DNA from: Chrysomallon squamiferum
Taxonomy: Eukaryota; Animalia; Mollusca
Direction: 5' to 3'
Length of the DNA stretch: 64,000 nt
Assembly (NCBI GenBank): GCA_012295275.1
Contig: CM022679.1
Span: 13,888,001 to 13,952,000 of the forward strand
Every line of letters begins with the position of its first letter. Position 1 is the stretch's first letter. Positions 15,567-31,000 of this stretch are shown here, piece after piece. Both the position numbers and the translations under genes were made by a program. The notes under the pieces were generated by a model. It saw only the letters and a list, made by a program, of their open reading frames with translations, was not told where the DNA came from and did not search any database.

Positions 15567-15800
15567 AAATAAAACAGCAACAAATCCAAGCAACGGAATC
15601 ATAAATGATTAATAAATGAAAACAAACAAATAAACAAACACAACAATGAAATGAAATGAAATAAAATAAAATTTAAAATAAAATAAAAATTCTAACATTA
15701 AATAAATTTTCTAATTTTATTTATTTACTATTGGAAATGTTATTTTATTTTATTTTATTTTATTTTATTTTATTTTATTTTTATTTATTTATTTATTTAT

Positions 15801-15831
<31 letters not shown>

Positions 15832-16479
15832 ATTTTAAATAGTTTTAAAGTAGAAAGACAGGTTTTCAGCAGCTATTCTCCCCCCTCCCGATAAATACGA
15901 AAAAATTGATGAAAGTGTGTTAATAAAATTGCGGATATGTTACTACAACTACTACTGTTAACAGTTCTGGTGCTAGTAGTTTATTATTATTTATTTATTT
16001 ATTTTTACAAATGGAACACAGACGGAAAACAACTAATTCTAACAGCGCCAGCTTATTAATAATTTATTTATTTATTTATTTTTGTGATGAACCATAAATA
16101 ATAAACTCATCTAATCCGATTAATGTATGTTAATTAAGGTGTGGATAATGCAATATTATCCGAATTTAGTGTGACAGTTACGGCTATGAAAACTGACTAA
16201 TTATACCTTACGTAACATATTTTTCTAAGGTGCAAGAAATGCTTTTGTTGTCATATCAGTACCATTTAATTAATCATTATTCATTACGATCTCTCAGAAT
16301 ATTCTTAATTATTGTCTGAAAGAATATTCAATTATCCGTGCATTTTCTGCAGAGCTGGACTTATTGTTAGTCTTGTAATTTGTTTAAAGTATTTGATCTT
16401 ATTAAAACAAACAATTTACTAAAATTATCCATTTCATTATTTCTGTTTTTATTTATAATTATATATATATATAATTGTA

Positions 16480-16895
16480 TTATTGTACGTTACCGTATGC
16501 ATTGACAGTTTTCAGAACACAAAGAAAATCGAAATTAACCGAAATTATCCGAATATGCTACGTGGGCGGACATTTCCGGAGACGTCCGACTATTGCCGAT
16601 ATTGTTATTTGTTATTGTTGTATACTTCAACATGACCAGTCACTTTGGAAGCCTTCCCAGTTTGATCGTAAAATGAGATATTTTGTGGTCGTTTTTGTTT
16701 ATATCGCTTCAGTTCTTTTAAAAGTTAAGTCTTTGAAATTTCAAAATGAATAGCAATATTTCTATCGATCCCAATCATTGAACATCTTTGACCAAATTTT
16801 TGCAGTCTCTTCCAGGTGACCCTTCCGTTTTCGCAAGTTGCTTGCGAAAACGATAAGCGAGCAAGACTTCAGTTTTGTTCAGTTACAAGTACATT
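16480..16895 (+). promoter_or_regulatory. Putative ZSWIM8 promoter/5' leader (CpG-enriched), divergent from RPS14
   Basis: CpG density rises sharply over the flanks; Ets-like TTTCCGG at about 16573; immediately upstream of ATG 16896. The transcription start cannot be fixed from sequence. Confidence 0.6.
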
Positions 16896-19037
16896 ATGGA
16901 CTTGATGTTTGATTGGGAATATGAAGGGGATAGGTTTTCTTTTGATGATAGCGATCGTTTTGAAGAAGATTCGCTCTGTTCATGGTTAAGCGAACCAGAA
17001 AGTCTTTGTAATAACTGGAGAGGTTGGAAAAGGCAAAATGGAGGGCAGACGACCCAAAGCACTCGTTCATCTGGTAAGTAGGCAGCTGGAAAATAAAATT
17101 TGCTGGTTTCTCTTTTCATTTTATACTTAGTTAATTGATTCTGTACAAATATACATTCATAAAACATTCTGGAACGGTTTTAGTAATGCACACTCTATAC
17201 CTTAAGCATGTAATAGTTCTTAAATAATTTTTTTTTTTTTTTTTTTTTTTTTGTATTTAAGGTAATCTATTCACTCATCCAAAGTATATTCCCAGATATC
17301 ATTAAGATCTCAGATTTCTTTTGTTTACTAATGTTGTTTCATGAATAAAACAGTAAAGTAAATCCTGTTAAAATATATTATGTATTTTATCTGTTAGTTT
17401 ACATTCTAAATAAATAGTACATACTCAGATACTGTTTAAGCTTTACACTCAGTATCAACATATTTTAATTAATGTATTATATTTATATATAGTAAAAACA
17501 TAGGCATGTCTATGACTGTAGAAATGTTCAAGTTATTAACAAAAAAACTTTAGTGTAATTGCACAACAAATTACAGTGACCAATATTTTGTGTAAAGAGT
17601 TACATTTAATTTTACAGTCCAGTGCACCATGCTGCTAAAGTATGAATGAGTACATCCAAGAAAAAAGTTTGAAAACACCTTTCAAATCTTTTGTTATTTT
17701 ATTTTAAACCGAAACATTCTCAGAGTTTCTTATATGATTGGAATTGGAAGAAACTTTCTAAATTTAAATAGTACTATAACTATTACAAAAGGGTTAAATG
17801 ATAATAATAAATAGGCAGAAAAATAAAATGTAATATTTGTTGCATTTAAATATGATGTAAGTTACCAGCTAAACACATACTTTCACTGTAATGTTTTGAA
17901 GCAGTCACTTGATATACAAATAACAAATTTACCAGGTTAACAAAAATAAATTATATACAACTGAAAGTGAAACAAAATACAGTTGTATCTTTAGATGATC
18001 CAAAGATGATCAGCCACCTACAATATATGACATTTTTCTGACTCCCAGTTGTTTTTCAGTGAATATGTCCCTTTGATCAGCAAACACCTACTGAACACAA
18101 ACTCTGAATTATTATTTTTATTATTATTCCACTGCTAAAGTAGACAGTCATACCAATTTGGATTTGTTTTCTCCAAAATAAATACAATTTATTGTTGTTT
18201 GGCAGTTTTATACAATATTTTTAAAGATGGTGTTGTGCATTTCCAGCACTGCACAGTATGTAAAGCGAGAATTGTTTTTGTCGAATCACAAGAGCACATG
18301 AACTGTAATTGTCAAACCATACAAGTTCAACCAATTTGGTACGTAATTTTGATAATTCAATCATTTGACATCATTCTATGCTTATTTATAAAGATTATAA
18401 ATATGTTCAAAGAAATTGTCTCTAATTTGTCTCTCTCTGGTGAGGGGACACCTGCAATATAGGGACATTTTTGCTCAGCCCCATACATACCACTGTATTT
18501 TAATAAATTTTTATGGTAGGGAATGTGAACTTCCACAATTAATTTTGCTTGATAAGTTATGACATGGCTCATCTAAAACTAAAGCATATATATTTATTTA
18601 GATATGTATATATTATTATATATATAATATATTGATATATTTTCAAATAATTATTTCATTTTATCAGTTAATTTTAGATTGGAAACAAATTGGATGGAAC
18701 AGACTAAAGTTTGGAATAAACTGATATTTGATATTTTCAGTTTAAAAGCTTGTTTACTGAAATTTATCAAACAATATTTATTCTTTATCAACATTTGAAA
18801 ATATGGTGTTATAGAATATTTTTTATTTAAATAACATTTACATGTATAATACATATTATTAATTTATCTAAATCTCAACAGAAAATTAAAAAATGTCCAG
18901 TAAACAATTATTAGCAAAATCAACAAAAAAGAATTTATAAATATTTTATTGATACATGATACTTTATTTATTAATAGGAACAACATCAGGGACCATATCA
19001 TATGTTCAGTAATAAAAGTTAGAAGATAACACTCATT

Positions 19038-19089
<52 letters not shown>

Positions 19090-22000
19090 GTTTTGTTTTT
19101 TAGAAAAATTAATGTAAAATAGAACTGAAAATCATCATTTGTGATTTGAAAATTAAAATATATTTTCAAACCTTAATCAATGATTATGAAATCTTGTAAA
19201 TTAATAATAGGTATTATTTTTTAATTATTATCGTTACCTTCATATCTTCTGATTTTTTTTTTTTTTCTTTTTCTGAAAACAATAATTGAAGACAGTTTAT
19301 TGTAAACAGAATCACTGATTACAAAAAGGTCTTAAAAACAAACTCTTGCTGTCTGGCTATTGTGACTGCCCTACTTTAGTTATTAAATAGATAACCTTTG
19401 TTATTGTCAGACATCATGAGAAGAAAATCTTGTATCACAGATCATAAGATACACAAGGGTGAATGTGTTGTATATTTTGCAGAGTGTATTTATCATTTAA
19501 TTTAAATGATGCTGTGTTGACATAGAAATAAAAACAATATTATTAATTGTCACGATTTACCATAAACAGTAATATTTTATCTAAAATGTCTTATGGGATG
19601 TTATTCTTTAATTTTAAATGTTATTACATTCATTCCTTTTAATATGTTGTTTGTCACATGATTAATAACTTGCACATTTAAAAAAAATAAACAGGGGATA
19701 GATTTTCATAATTACTTACTTCCTAACCAGTTTGAATATACTGGAATATTGATGAATGTAAATAATGAATAATTTTAAATTAATAACATTATATTAGCAT
19801 ATTCATTATATACTGATATAAGGTAAAATATAAATAGTACCTTTTCAATCAGTAAATGACAGTTGTTAAAAAAAAATTGTAAGTATTTTGGAACTTTTGA
19901 AATTTTAATTATTTTTTCAAAATATTTAAAAAAAAAAAAATCACGTTATTTACTACCATAAACAATTAACAATGACTACATACTGATTTTGGAGTAGAAT
20001 CAGATTTTGTCATAGGTAAGATTATCAGCCACAAACATATTCAAATTCTAAAAGGAATGGACAATAAATGAATTCACATGCTGTGTGTTTTTATTTGTTA
20101 TTGGTACATTTATCATTTGAGACAACACCTGAAATGATTTTTTATTTTTATTTTCAATGTATGTTTAGGTATTTTTTTAGGACTGGCTATTACAAGCTAT
20201 TAACTGTTATGCTGCTCTGATTCAATTCTTCAGAAATACAAATACATTCCAAAGAATGCTTGTTCAGAAATAATGAAATGACATAAAAGGTCATACATTA
20301 CATATATCATAAGTAGTATTTAAAAAGAAGGAACGGAAACTGTCAACAAAATGTAGATGCTTTGAGTGTACAGGTTGGAACAAGCTTGCATGCCTGTTGG
20401 GCAGAGTAACTATAATTTGTTTATAGATATCTGATATTATTTCTTCTACTAAATGAGTCATGTGTACTTTCTACTTTCAGGTAGATGAGTTCCCATATTT
20501 GCAAACTATATTTAAATGACAGTTGGATGAAATATTGGTGTAGTTTTTATCAATTAGCAGCAAGAATTTTGGGGTGTTTTTTTTGTTTCACAATTTATTT
20601 TAAGTAGACAAAATGTCTTAAAAATTTAAATTTGCACACCTAGAAGGTCTATGTGATATGAATATAAAATATTAGGACTTTTAGAAAGATATTTGTGTTC
20701 AATTTTTTTTTCTTTAAGCAAAAATACTTGGTTATTTTTTAAATGTTATAAATATTCATTGCAACCTAACACAACTGCAGTTCAACAAAAAATTCACATT
20801 GAAAAACCATAACTACATGTTGGTATTGTAAGGATTTTTTTATTAATCAGTTAAATGATAAGACTTCTGTTGCATTAAGCAGTTCCATACCTTGACAAAG
20901 AACTATCTGCTACTTTAAAGATAATCTTTTTGTTAAAAGTAAAATATAGTTTGTTTAAGAACTTTTCTTTAATGATTAACAATTATTAAATATCAGGCTC
21001 AAAAGTGCATTTTAATTTTTTTTTGTTGTTGTGGTATATTCGTGATACATGAAGGAACAGTTCACTGCCTCTATTCTTATGTCAACTCTTATCAGTTAAT
21101 AGCTTAGGGCCTTTTATGTATGACTTTCCCAAATGCATGGAAATACATGCTGCCATTTTACTTACATACTTGATAGTGGAATATGGCTGGAATAATAATT
21201 ATACAGAGTGCACATTGAGAAGGACTGATCTTGAAATTAATCAACCTTCATTAAAGTCCTCTATCAAATATCTTTCATTTATTAAACAATTTCATGGTTA
21301 AGCATAAAGATTAATTTTAGTGTTTGATAAAGGTCATAGATTTTAACAGAAATTTAATATAATAACTTTAACTATTTATTTTTCATTATTATTTTTTTTA
21401 ATTAATTTATTTTGTTATATATATTTTTTACTTATTTATTTAAAATTTATTGTTGCTACAAAAATCTGAAAATATAGCTAAATGTAGTTATTTTGACAAA
21501 ACTTTTAAAGCTAATTGTTTTTGTCTGTATATGTAATTCAATAAAATTAAATCTCCCTGTGCATATATCAGTTACCCAATTCAAATTTCCTTTAAACATT
21601 AATCATTATTTTGGGAACTGTACTTGATAATTTTGTAATTGTGTTTGTTTGGTTTTTTTTTTTTTTTTTTTTTAATTTATACATATATGTGTATATTTAA
21701 ATTACCAACATAAATTTTAATGCAGCTTAAATAGTTTTAAACAAAAACTCAAACGTTTTTGTCATTTTTGGCTGTTTTTTTGTTTGCTTGTTTATTTAAG
21801 TTTTGTTTCTCATACCCTTTACATAATTTGCATATGGTTAGATCATTATTAATGATTTATTAATGCTGTATTTTAAAAACCCAAAACAAATTGAGATTTA
21901 AAAAAAAAAAAATATTGAAAAAAATTGTGAACTCAATGATTTTTAAAAAAACATTTGGGGGGGATTATAAATAAATGGCATGAAGACCATTGTGTTTGGA

Positions 22001-25000
22001 ATTTTATGGTCCTAAAGTACTAAATGACTATGTATAAATACTTTTTATATTTTTTTTTGGAGAAAAATAACAATAAAAAATAAATATACAAAAATAAAAC
22101 ACAAACAAATTAAAGTGTGTTCCTACAGTTATTACATAACCCGATTTACTATTATTTTGTTAACAAAATACTTTCATGTTTAAAAAAAATAAGTACTCTT
22201 AATTAATGTTAGGCTGAAGAATATTTATTTATATTGTATGTATTTATACAGATGTGTGCACATTTTTAAAAATTATTTTGTCATTGATATATTTATGAAG
22301 TATAAAAAGTTTCAAGAAGTTATTTTTCACACAGGAGTGAACTTTCACTAATCATGGCAGAAGGAATTTATATCTATTACAAAAATATATTGCATATTTC
22401 AACGCTCCTTCTTTTTCTTTTTCTTCACCTGCTGATACTCATGTTTAATAAATTACCAAATGATAAGATTTGTTTTAGTTTATATACAAGACATGTTGCA
22501 TCTTTTCACACAGAAAAAAAAAAATAATATTTACATCATTTTGGTTATACTGGTTTGCCAAAATATTTTTATTTAAAAAAATAAATAAATAAAAAATTAT
22601 ATCTGGGGGAATAGGAGGCATATATGGGGTCAGGACTTTTTTAATTTTCATATTCCTTATATAAGAAAAATTCAGATCCATATACTTGATTTCTGATTTG
22701 AAGACACATGAAAAGAACTGAGCTAAATCTTGAGCCTGTGCACTTTTATTAATTTTGCTCATCCATTTCAGGGGTGAAATGAAATGTAGAGAGTAAATAA
22801 AGTTTTACACTGGGGAATTAAAACAGCTGTTAATGTTTGTTCACCAAGATTAGCTAAAGCTTTTTAATATGTTTATTCAAACATCAGTTGTCTTAAATTA
22901 TTTTCTGTCTACAATTATCTTTAGTTATTTTCAGTTCTTTTTATGTGTAATCCATTTAAAAAACAAAAAACAATCTCCCATGCTAATATTATTGTGTGCA
23001 CTCTGAGTTTTTATTTTTGAAAAAGCAAGCTCACAACCACTACATACTGCATAAACACTGCTTTAAAGTCATTTTATCTATATATATATTTAGTAAAAAT
23101 CATTTTGAAGTCTTTACAATTTATATATGTATTTTTGTTATAATTTATATACTTACAAATTTTCAAATTTAATGTTAGTAATGGAAAAATTGCAAACATA
23201 TTCAAAAAACTGTTTTTAAAATAGGTTTCTGATCCTTTATTAACAAATGATGAAAAATTTGTGACATTTCATTTATTTATTTATTTATTTATTTTAAACA
23301 GAGATTAAGGTGTCTTCTCTTGTTGAGCTTGCTGCTCAAGCAGTTGCTTGCAACATACCATTTGAAGTTGTTGAGCACTACCCAGAGCCTATCCCTGAAC
23401 AGCTTCAACTCAGCATTGCTTTCTGGAGTTTTCCTGAAAGTGAGGAAGATATCAGGTCTAGTAGTATTAAAACTCTTTCAAAAGATGTGTGTGTGCGTGC
23501 GTGTGTGTGTGTTATTTTGTTATTTCTAGAAGATTAATAACACATATTTACAGTTGTGAAAATATAAAAGAAATTGCTTTTTATATGTGGAAGAGGCACT
23601 TGACAGAAATCAATTCAGCATCATAATTTTCTAAAACAGAAGATTCATAAAATGGAACATTTAAAGTTAAAATTTAAAAAATATTATTTATTACAAATAA
23701 TACTATTAAAAAAAAAGGAAATTGATTTTCTATATCTTACAAATCTACATGACACATTGCTCTTAATTTTTGTTATTTACTGTGATTTCAAATTAACATT
23801 TAGCTAGTGTCTTCCATTATAAATTCAAAGACAGATTAACATAAAGATTTTAAAATCTCTTTCAGGTTGTATTCCTGTCTTGCTAATGGAAGTGCTGATG
23901 AATTCACCAAGGGAGAGCACCTATACAAGGCAAAAGCAGTCAAAGATGCTTTACAGATTGGTAAATTATCATTAATATTCTTATCTTTTAACAGTGTTAC
24001 CAAGATCTCAGTCATTGAAACATATACTTTAACAGAAAAGCACTATTAATATTCAATTACAAAGAAGAATAAAAAGATTTTGGTTTATAAAATTTTAAAA
24101 AAAATTTAAATGTCTGAATAATAAGTTTGGTTTAAGACAGTTTTTTTGTTTGTTTGTTTGTTTTTTTTTTTTTTTTGTTTTTTATAATGAAAGTATGATG
24201 TGAAATTAATAAAGAACTTAATGTATTGAGAAACATAATTGTTTTTTTTTTGTTATAGGATTCCACTTGAGTGCAACTGTTATACCACCTCAGAGTTTAG
24301 CCCAAGCTCAGGGAAAGGGAAACTTTAATGTAGCTGTGGTGTTTGATCGCCGTCGTATCTCATCATGCACCTGCACCTGCAACAGCAGTGCCTGGTGTTC
24401 TCATGTTGTTGCCCTCTGTCTATACAGGATACATCAGGTCGGTTTGAATCATCTCTCATCATACCAGTCCATCATTAACTCAGCTTTATCCAGCATCATA
24501 TTTTTTATTTCTTGAAAATAACATTTTCTTTTAAAATTCATTAGAGTCCACAGTTTTTCAATTATTATTTTACACACACTGAAATGGAGTTAATATCAGT
24601 AATAATATTGTATAAAATTGTGTTTGAATGTGTGTGTGTGTGATTCAGAGAGACATATCTTGAGATATATCTTTAAGTGTGATAAAACGACTCGTATTTT
24701 ACTGTTTAAATTGATATTAGCATGTGAGTAACTAAACCATTAGAGAAGTAGTAGAAATCAAGATACCAATTAAATAATTTGTTTTTTAAACACCTTTTCA
24801 TTGAATTATTCAGTGCAGCATTTGAACTATTAAAAAAAAAATAATAATAATAATTTATTTATTTATTTAAAATATTGACATTTTTATTTAACTGGAATAT
24901 CTATGTGTAACAATAATTGTTGTTTCTAGGCTAGTTCAGTTTGTTTACGAGCACCTGTGTCTGAGTCATTATCCCGATTACACAGAGATCAGCTACAGAA

Positions 25001-28000
25001 ATTTGCCCAGTATCTGATTAGTGAATTGCCACAACAGGTAATTAAAGTTTTATTAATTAATTTATTTGTTTTATTTATTTATTTTTATTTATCACTGAAT
25101 TGCTACAAGAAATAAATTATAAAGTAATACAAATCTCATAGATATAGATGTATTTATATTTTATTAGTATTGATTCACTGCAATGGATAATATATAATTA
25201 AGAACATTTTTTGGTGTCTAAATGCTTTGTCGCATGTCATCAGAACATGTCTTATTCTATACATCAAGTTTGTAAAGCTCTTGTACAGAATATTTAAGAG
25301 AAGTTCAGTTCTATTTTACTTTATTTCCTAAAACAAAAATGTTTTTATTTTCAGATTCTTCCTACTGCACAAAGATTGTTGGATGAGCTGTTGTCATCTC
25401 AGGAAACTGCAATGAACACTGTCTATGGGGCACCAGGTTAGATTTCAGACACCCTGGTTTTTTCCTTTAGTTTCATCTTGTAGACAATATTTCAATATTT
25501 ACTTTTTGAACTGTAAAATCTCAGTATAAATGCTACCCTCTTGTTTCTTACTGAAATAGTTTGATACATATTTTCAAAATTGTTTTGAATTTATCTAATT
25601 TTATTAACAAATATTGCTTGTATAAAAAGAAAAAAGAAAGAAAAATAATAAACATTCTCCAATTTATATGTTCAGTTATTAAATAACTCTAATATTAAGA
25701 TACTAATAACTAGTACCACATATTCTTTATATTAAAAAAGAAAAATTTTCAAATTTTTATATTTAATTATGTCATCTAATTCTAACATTAGATACCTAAC
25801 CAATAACATATATTTATAATTTAAAGAAAAATTTTAAATTCTCAGATTTATTTATTGAGTTAAACTAATTCTAATATTATGGTATTTGATCAACATTAAA
25901 TACTGTTCATATTCCAAAAAACCAAAACATTCTTTGCCAATTTATAAAATCAGTATTCTAAATTTATTTAATTCTATTCTAGTTAAAAGTATTTTTTATT
26001 TATTTTCTGTGTTGATTATGTTTAATATATGGTTATATTCTTAAATATTTATCTTGTAATCTCATAGATCCAACTGCTGGTCCTCCTGCTAATGAGCAGA
26101 CAAGCTGGTGTTTGGATGAAGCCACACTTCACGACAACATCAAGAAAACTCTAGTCAAGTTTTGCATTCCATCCCCAATGGTTCTGAGGTAATATTATTT
26201 TGTTGTTGTTTTTTTAATTAAATTCTTGATCTAAGTATACATTTATAAAAAAAAAAAAAAGAAGACATATTACTCATTTAAAAATTCTGAGTTGTAAATG
26301 ACACCATTTAGTGATTATAACAGTTTCACTGATGTGATCACCTCAGACTCATTTTAATTGGCCAAAGTATTTAAATATTTGTTTAATATATTTCTGAGTA
26401 AAATACTCAATAATTTCAATTAAAAGAATGGGTTTATGCAACACATTTAATAATTATTTCAGTGATGTCAATCATCTTGGGACAAGTGCCCCACCAGCTG
26501 CTGCTGAATGGCAGACGCTGCTAAGGCCACTGAGGGGCCGAGAGCCAGAAGGGATGTGGAACCTCTTGTCAATTGTCAGGGAGATGTTTAAACGTCACGA
26601 TAGCAATTCTGTTCCATTGCTTGAAATATTGACTGATGAGGTTCTGCAGTGCGAACAGGTATACTAACAGGTTTTAAAAACATACTTTGTCATTGGCTGA
26701 ACTCTGTGTTTAATATTATTATTTTCTGATAAAATAAATAATTTATTTTTAGGCATGCATTCTTATCTGGTGTATACAGTTAACTCAGCACATACTGTTA
26801 TACTATTTTTGAATTTTAGTTATCATATAAAATGTCTCAATGATTTTTGGACATTTAAAATTTTATTGTATTTTTAATTTCAGATCCTGATCTGGTGGTT
26901 TTTGACCAAAGCTTCATCCAACAACAGCAATGCTGTCCACTGTAACAGAGGAGGAAATGGTGCTGCCAATGCTTCTCAGCATGCAGCATCCAGTCTTTGT
27001 GAGGAAATCATCAATCTGTGGAGACTGGGAGCACTCAATCCCAAACTTTCTCCTTTTCAAAGAGAGGATCTATGCAGAAAATTCAAAAACTGGCATTCAA
27101 AAACTATTGAAATAGTCCGCAAGGCACGTGGATCTACTTCTAGCAACTCAGGTATCAATTTGAAGAAAAATGACATTGAGAATTTTGCTGGTTTTAAGCC
27201 AGCCATCGAAGCCTGCCAAATGACTTGGGATGATTACTCTATCCCAGGGATAACATACTCTGACAAAGAGGGATCTCGTTACGTGTATCATTTTTGTTCT
27301 CGGGGCCAGGATGGAGAGGCAAAGAAATTCTCCCGAGTGCAGCCAGTCACGATATGCTCAGAAGACCTTATCAGTACTGACAACTCTCGAACTCTTGCTC
27401 ATTCCCAACGATCTCAGGACGCACGGGCTCGCAACAGACAGGATCAGCGCACGCTCAATATGCGCAGAGATTCTGCTATTAATGACGGTGCCATCAGCTC
27501 AGGGTCAGAAGGTTTCTGCGAGCCTGAACGTGGTTTCAGAGACTCCGATTCCAGTTACGAAAATAAATGTTTTCATTCTAGGTCAAATTCACTGGATGAA
27601 CCTGATCCAGCAAGTCTTTACAATGTTCCAGGGTCTCGTGCTGTCCAAAGCACTGCTGCTGCTACCGCTGCTGCAAGACCACAAGATAATGATGTCTTTG
27701 ATGATGGAGTGGAAACAGACCAGATGGAGTATAATTCCAACAGTGTGCCAGCTAAAGATCAGGAAACTGCTGCCAGACAGGAGTCAGCTTCTCGAGAACC
27801 TAGTCAGAACTGTGACACTGCTGGACAGGCTGTGGAGCAGTCCACCTCCGAGTCCCAGCAGTCCAGTGACGAGTATCAGATGTATTTCTATGACACGAAG
27901 AGCAAGCCCAATGAGACTGACAAGAAAAAGAAAGACAAAAACGAGGAACCTAATATATTTGCTGGAATTAAGAAGCTTGACAATTCCCAAGATGTAAGTT

Positions 28001-31000
28001 GTTCTTGTTTGTCTTACATTCTGAGTTAAAACCTTTAAATTGTGAAATTAGATAATGCCTTGTAGATGGATAAAAATGTGTCTAATAAATTCCTATCATT
28101 TTTGCCATTTATTGGTTGGTTTATAGTTTTATTATTGCATCAAAATGTGATCAAAGAAAAGGTATAAATTTTATATATTTTCAGATTAATATTAAATATC
28201 TTAAAAATAGTCATAAAACTCTTTTTGATAAATATTTATGGATTTAATATGCAGCAGTTAAGAGTGAAACATTATTTCAAATAAAACTGGTTATGCTAAT
28301 AATTCTCATATGCTATTAATGTACTTTGATCAAGTTCATGTAACGTGAATTTATTTACAGGTACTGTTTGCAAGAGCTGAAGCCTTGCATGCTCATGGTC
28401 ACACAAAAGATGCATGTACACTTGCTAAGAGATTGGCTGAAGAAATGCTTAGCAACCCTCCAGATCTTCTTGCAGAAACAGCCAATATTCCTACACCAAA
28501 ATGTGATTATTTTTATTACTCGATAAATAAAAAAGAAGGGATTGTCATTCTTTTTAAATTGAAATGAAGTTACACTTTTGAAAAATAGTTTACAGACCTC
28601 TTAGCTTTAATGGATAGTTTTTATTTCCAAATAATGATAGCATGATTATCTGTTATGATATTAATGTACTTCACAAGTAGGGAATTCAATGCAAATAATT
28701 ATTAATAAACTGTATTTAACATTTTTATGAGAGAATATAAAATATGTACACAAATCCATCAAATTTATATACAGACAAGATCAAGTAAAATTTTGTATGA
28801 AAATGAAATAGATTATTCATGTAAAAAAACCCCAACAAAAATGAAAACAAGTTATATTTTAATTTCAGCCAAGAAGAAGAAAGCCTTGACTAACATCAGC
28901 CTGCTGGCCAGTGCTACTTTGTCCAAGGCTGCCTTCCTTTCCAGTGTTCTGTACGAGGAAATTGACTGTCATTATCTAGCTTTTCAAGTTGGTATGTTTG
29001 GTTTGGAACTTGCAAGACCACCAGCATCAAGCAAGGTTTTGGAGGTTAGTAGTCCCTTTAGTTATTGATAATACTGGATTAATCAACAATATTGAAAATG
29101 GGAAGAAAATGTTTTAATATTTACTTTTTTTTTTTTTTATTTTTTTATTTTTCTACAGTTAAATTAATTTTGTATTTAAAAAGGCTTGATAGTGTTAGAT
29201 TTTCAACTTTTTTGATTCATGAAACTGTAGAATAAACTTCTTAAATGTTATAATTACAATTGTTGAATTAACTCAGAATTTAATAAACTGAACATGACAC
29301 TTCAGTACAGATAATTTCTCTAAAAACAAATTACTGGAAAACATTTTCAGCTTTGTAAAATATATATTTAACATCATCTAATTAATAGAATTTAATTTAA
29401 AGATCTTTTATAAATTTCTCTTTAATTTATTTTTCTGCACATTTTAGGTGAAGCTTGCCTATCAGGAGTCAGAGTTACTCCAGATGTTGAAGAAAATTCC
29501 TCTGCGGAAACAGGAGCTTGGTGTGCTGCGTGCACGGGCAGCAGACCTGAGAGATGGAAAACTGCAGACTCGGGGTGATGCACATCTTCCATTGCATCTG
29601 GCATCATTCATCTTTGATTCACTCTGTCTTCCAGGGCTCTCTACAGGTGTTTATCATTTCTTTTCTTTTATTGCAGGTTATATATATATGTATAAAATAA
29701 GCTGATATATTAAACTGCACATTTCTTCTTTCCTAATTTTCAGAATCTTGACTTTTTTTTTAAAATGTTAGACTTGAAGGTTATTTTTTAAGGTTTTATG
29801 AACAATTTACTTCATATTTTTATGTTTCTCTTTATATCTTGGAATTTCTAATTTCTTCATCTTTGTTATTTTTAATTATTTATTTTTATTCTGGGTATGA
29901 GGTATTGGGATTTGTTTTGTTTTTGTGTTTTTTTCATAAAATCATGATTTCATTTTTCAGATGTTGTTCCATCAGATGAAAAACTGGGTTTTGAAGCAGC
30001 AGTAACAGCCATTGGTAATATATGTGCACTTAATTTTATTTTGCAACTTAAGTAATTGTATTTTGTAATATCAAACTTTCCTGTGAATACAAAACTGGAT
30101 TACTGTAGAGGGCAATAAAAATTATTTTATATCTGTATTTTCTCAGTTGTATGTTTTTTCACAACATGATTATTAGTTTTAATATTTATTTAATATTATT
30201 TTTAATTTTGTGATTCTGATACTGATTTTTTTTTTTTGATTTTTTTATAAGGGATGTATTTAGACAGAGTGGATTAAAAGAAACTTATTGTATTCCATAA
30301 ATAACCTTTCTTTTTTTAAAACATTAAGGTATTGATATTTCTTATTTCTGTTATTAATTTAATAATTAATCACATGTTATGACAGGTTTGAAGGCAAATG
30401 TCAGTGAAGCAGAACACCCACTGTTGTGTGAAAGTACCAGGAGACAGAGAGGAGAGCTGGTGCTTGCCATGTTGGTTCACTACAAAGATGATCAAATCAA
30501 GTTAGCCAAGGTAATCACTGGAGAAAAAATCCTTAATAAATCTCTATTAAAACATTTATCATAGTTTTATCCAGTTCTTGCTCGACATTTAAGCAAATGT
30601 GTGTAAGTGAAATAATTCACAATCCAACTTTTATATTCCCAGTATTATAAAATATTTTTAACAAATGTTGAAGTATGTTTTTATGTTAAAGCAGATAAAT
30701 AAAAAAATAAAAAAGTTATATTTGAATTTTGTGTTATCCTTGTAACACTGATTTTAATTCTTTAACAAATTATTAGAAAGTTTTAACTTTTTTCAGTGTG
30801 TGATGATGATGATGATTATTTTTATTATTATTATTTTTTTTTTTTTTCAGATCATGGACAAACTTCTGGACAAGGAGGTACATCAGTTCAAGTCTCCCAG
30901 TCTGGTGACTGTTCTCTCTTCCAGCAAGTCTTCATCTAGTCAGCAGTCAGCCTCAACTTCCACAAACACTACTAGTCGGTCACCAGAAGGTGCAGGAAAG

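Noticed and set aside
18420-18580. GGGGACACCTGCAATATAGGGACA, a Tc1/mariner-MITE-like fragment (similar traces near 58530 and 60250)
   Set aside because: Termini and TSD could not be defined.
27311-27997. 228-aa alternative-frame ORF, and similar ones at 34540-35004, 34013-34318 and 16883-17167
   Set aside because: Shadow frames of GC-richer ZSWIM8 exons with no recognisable motifs.
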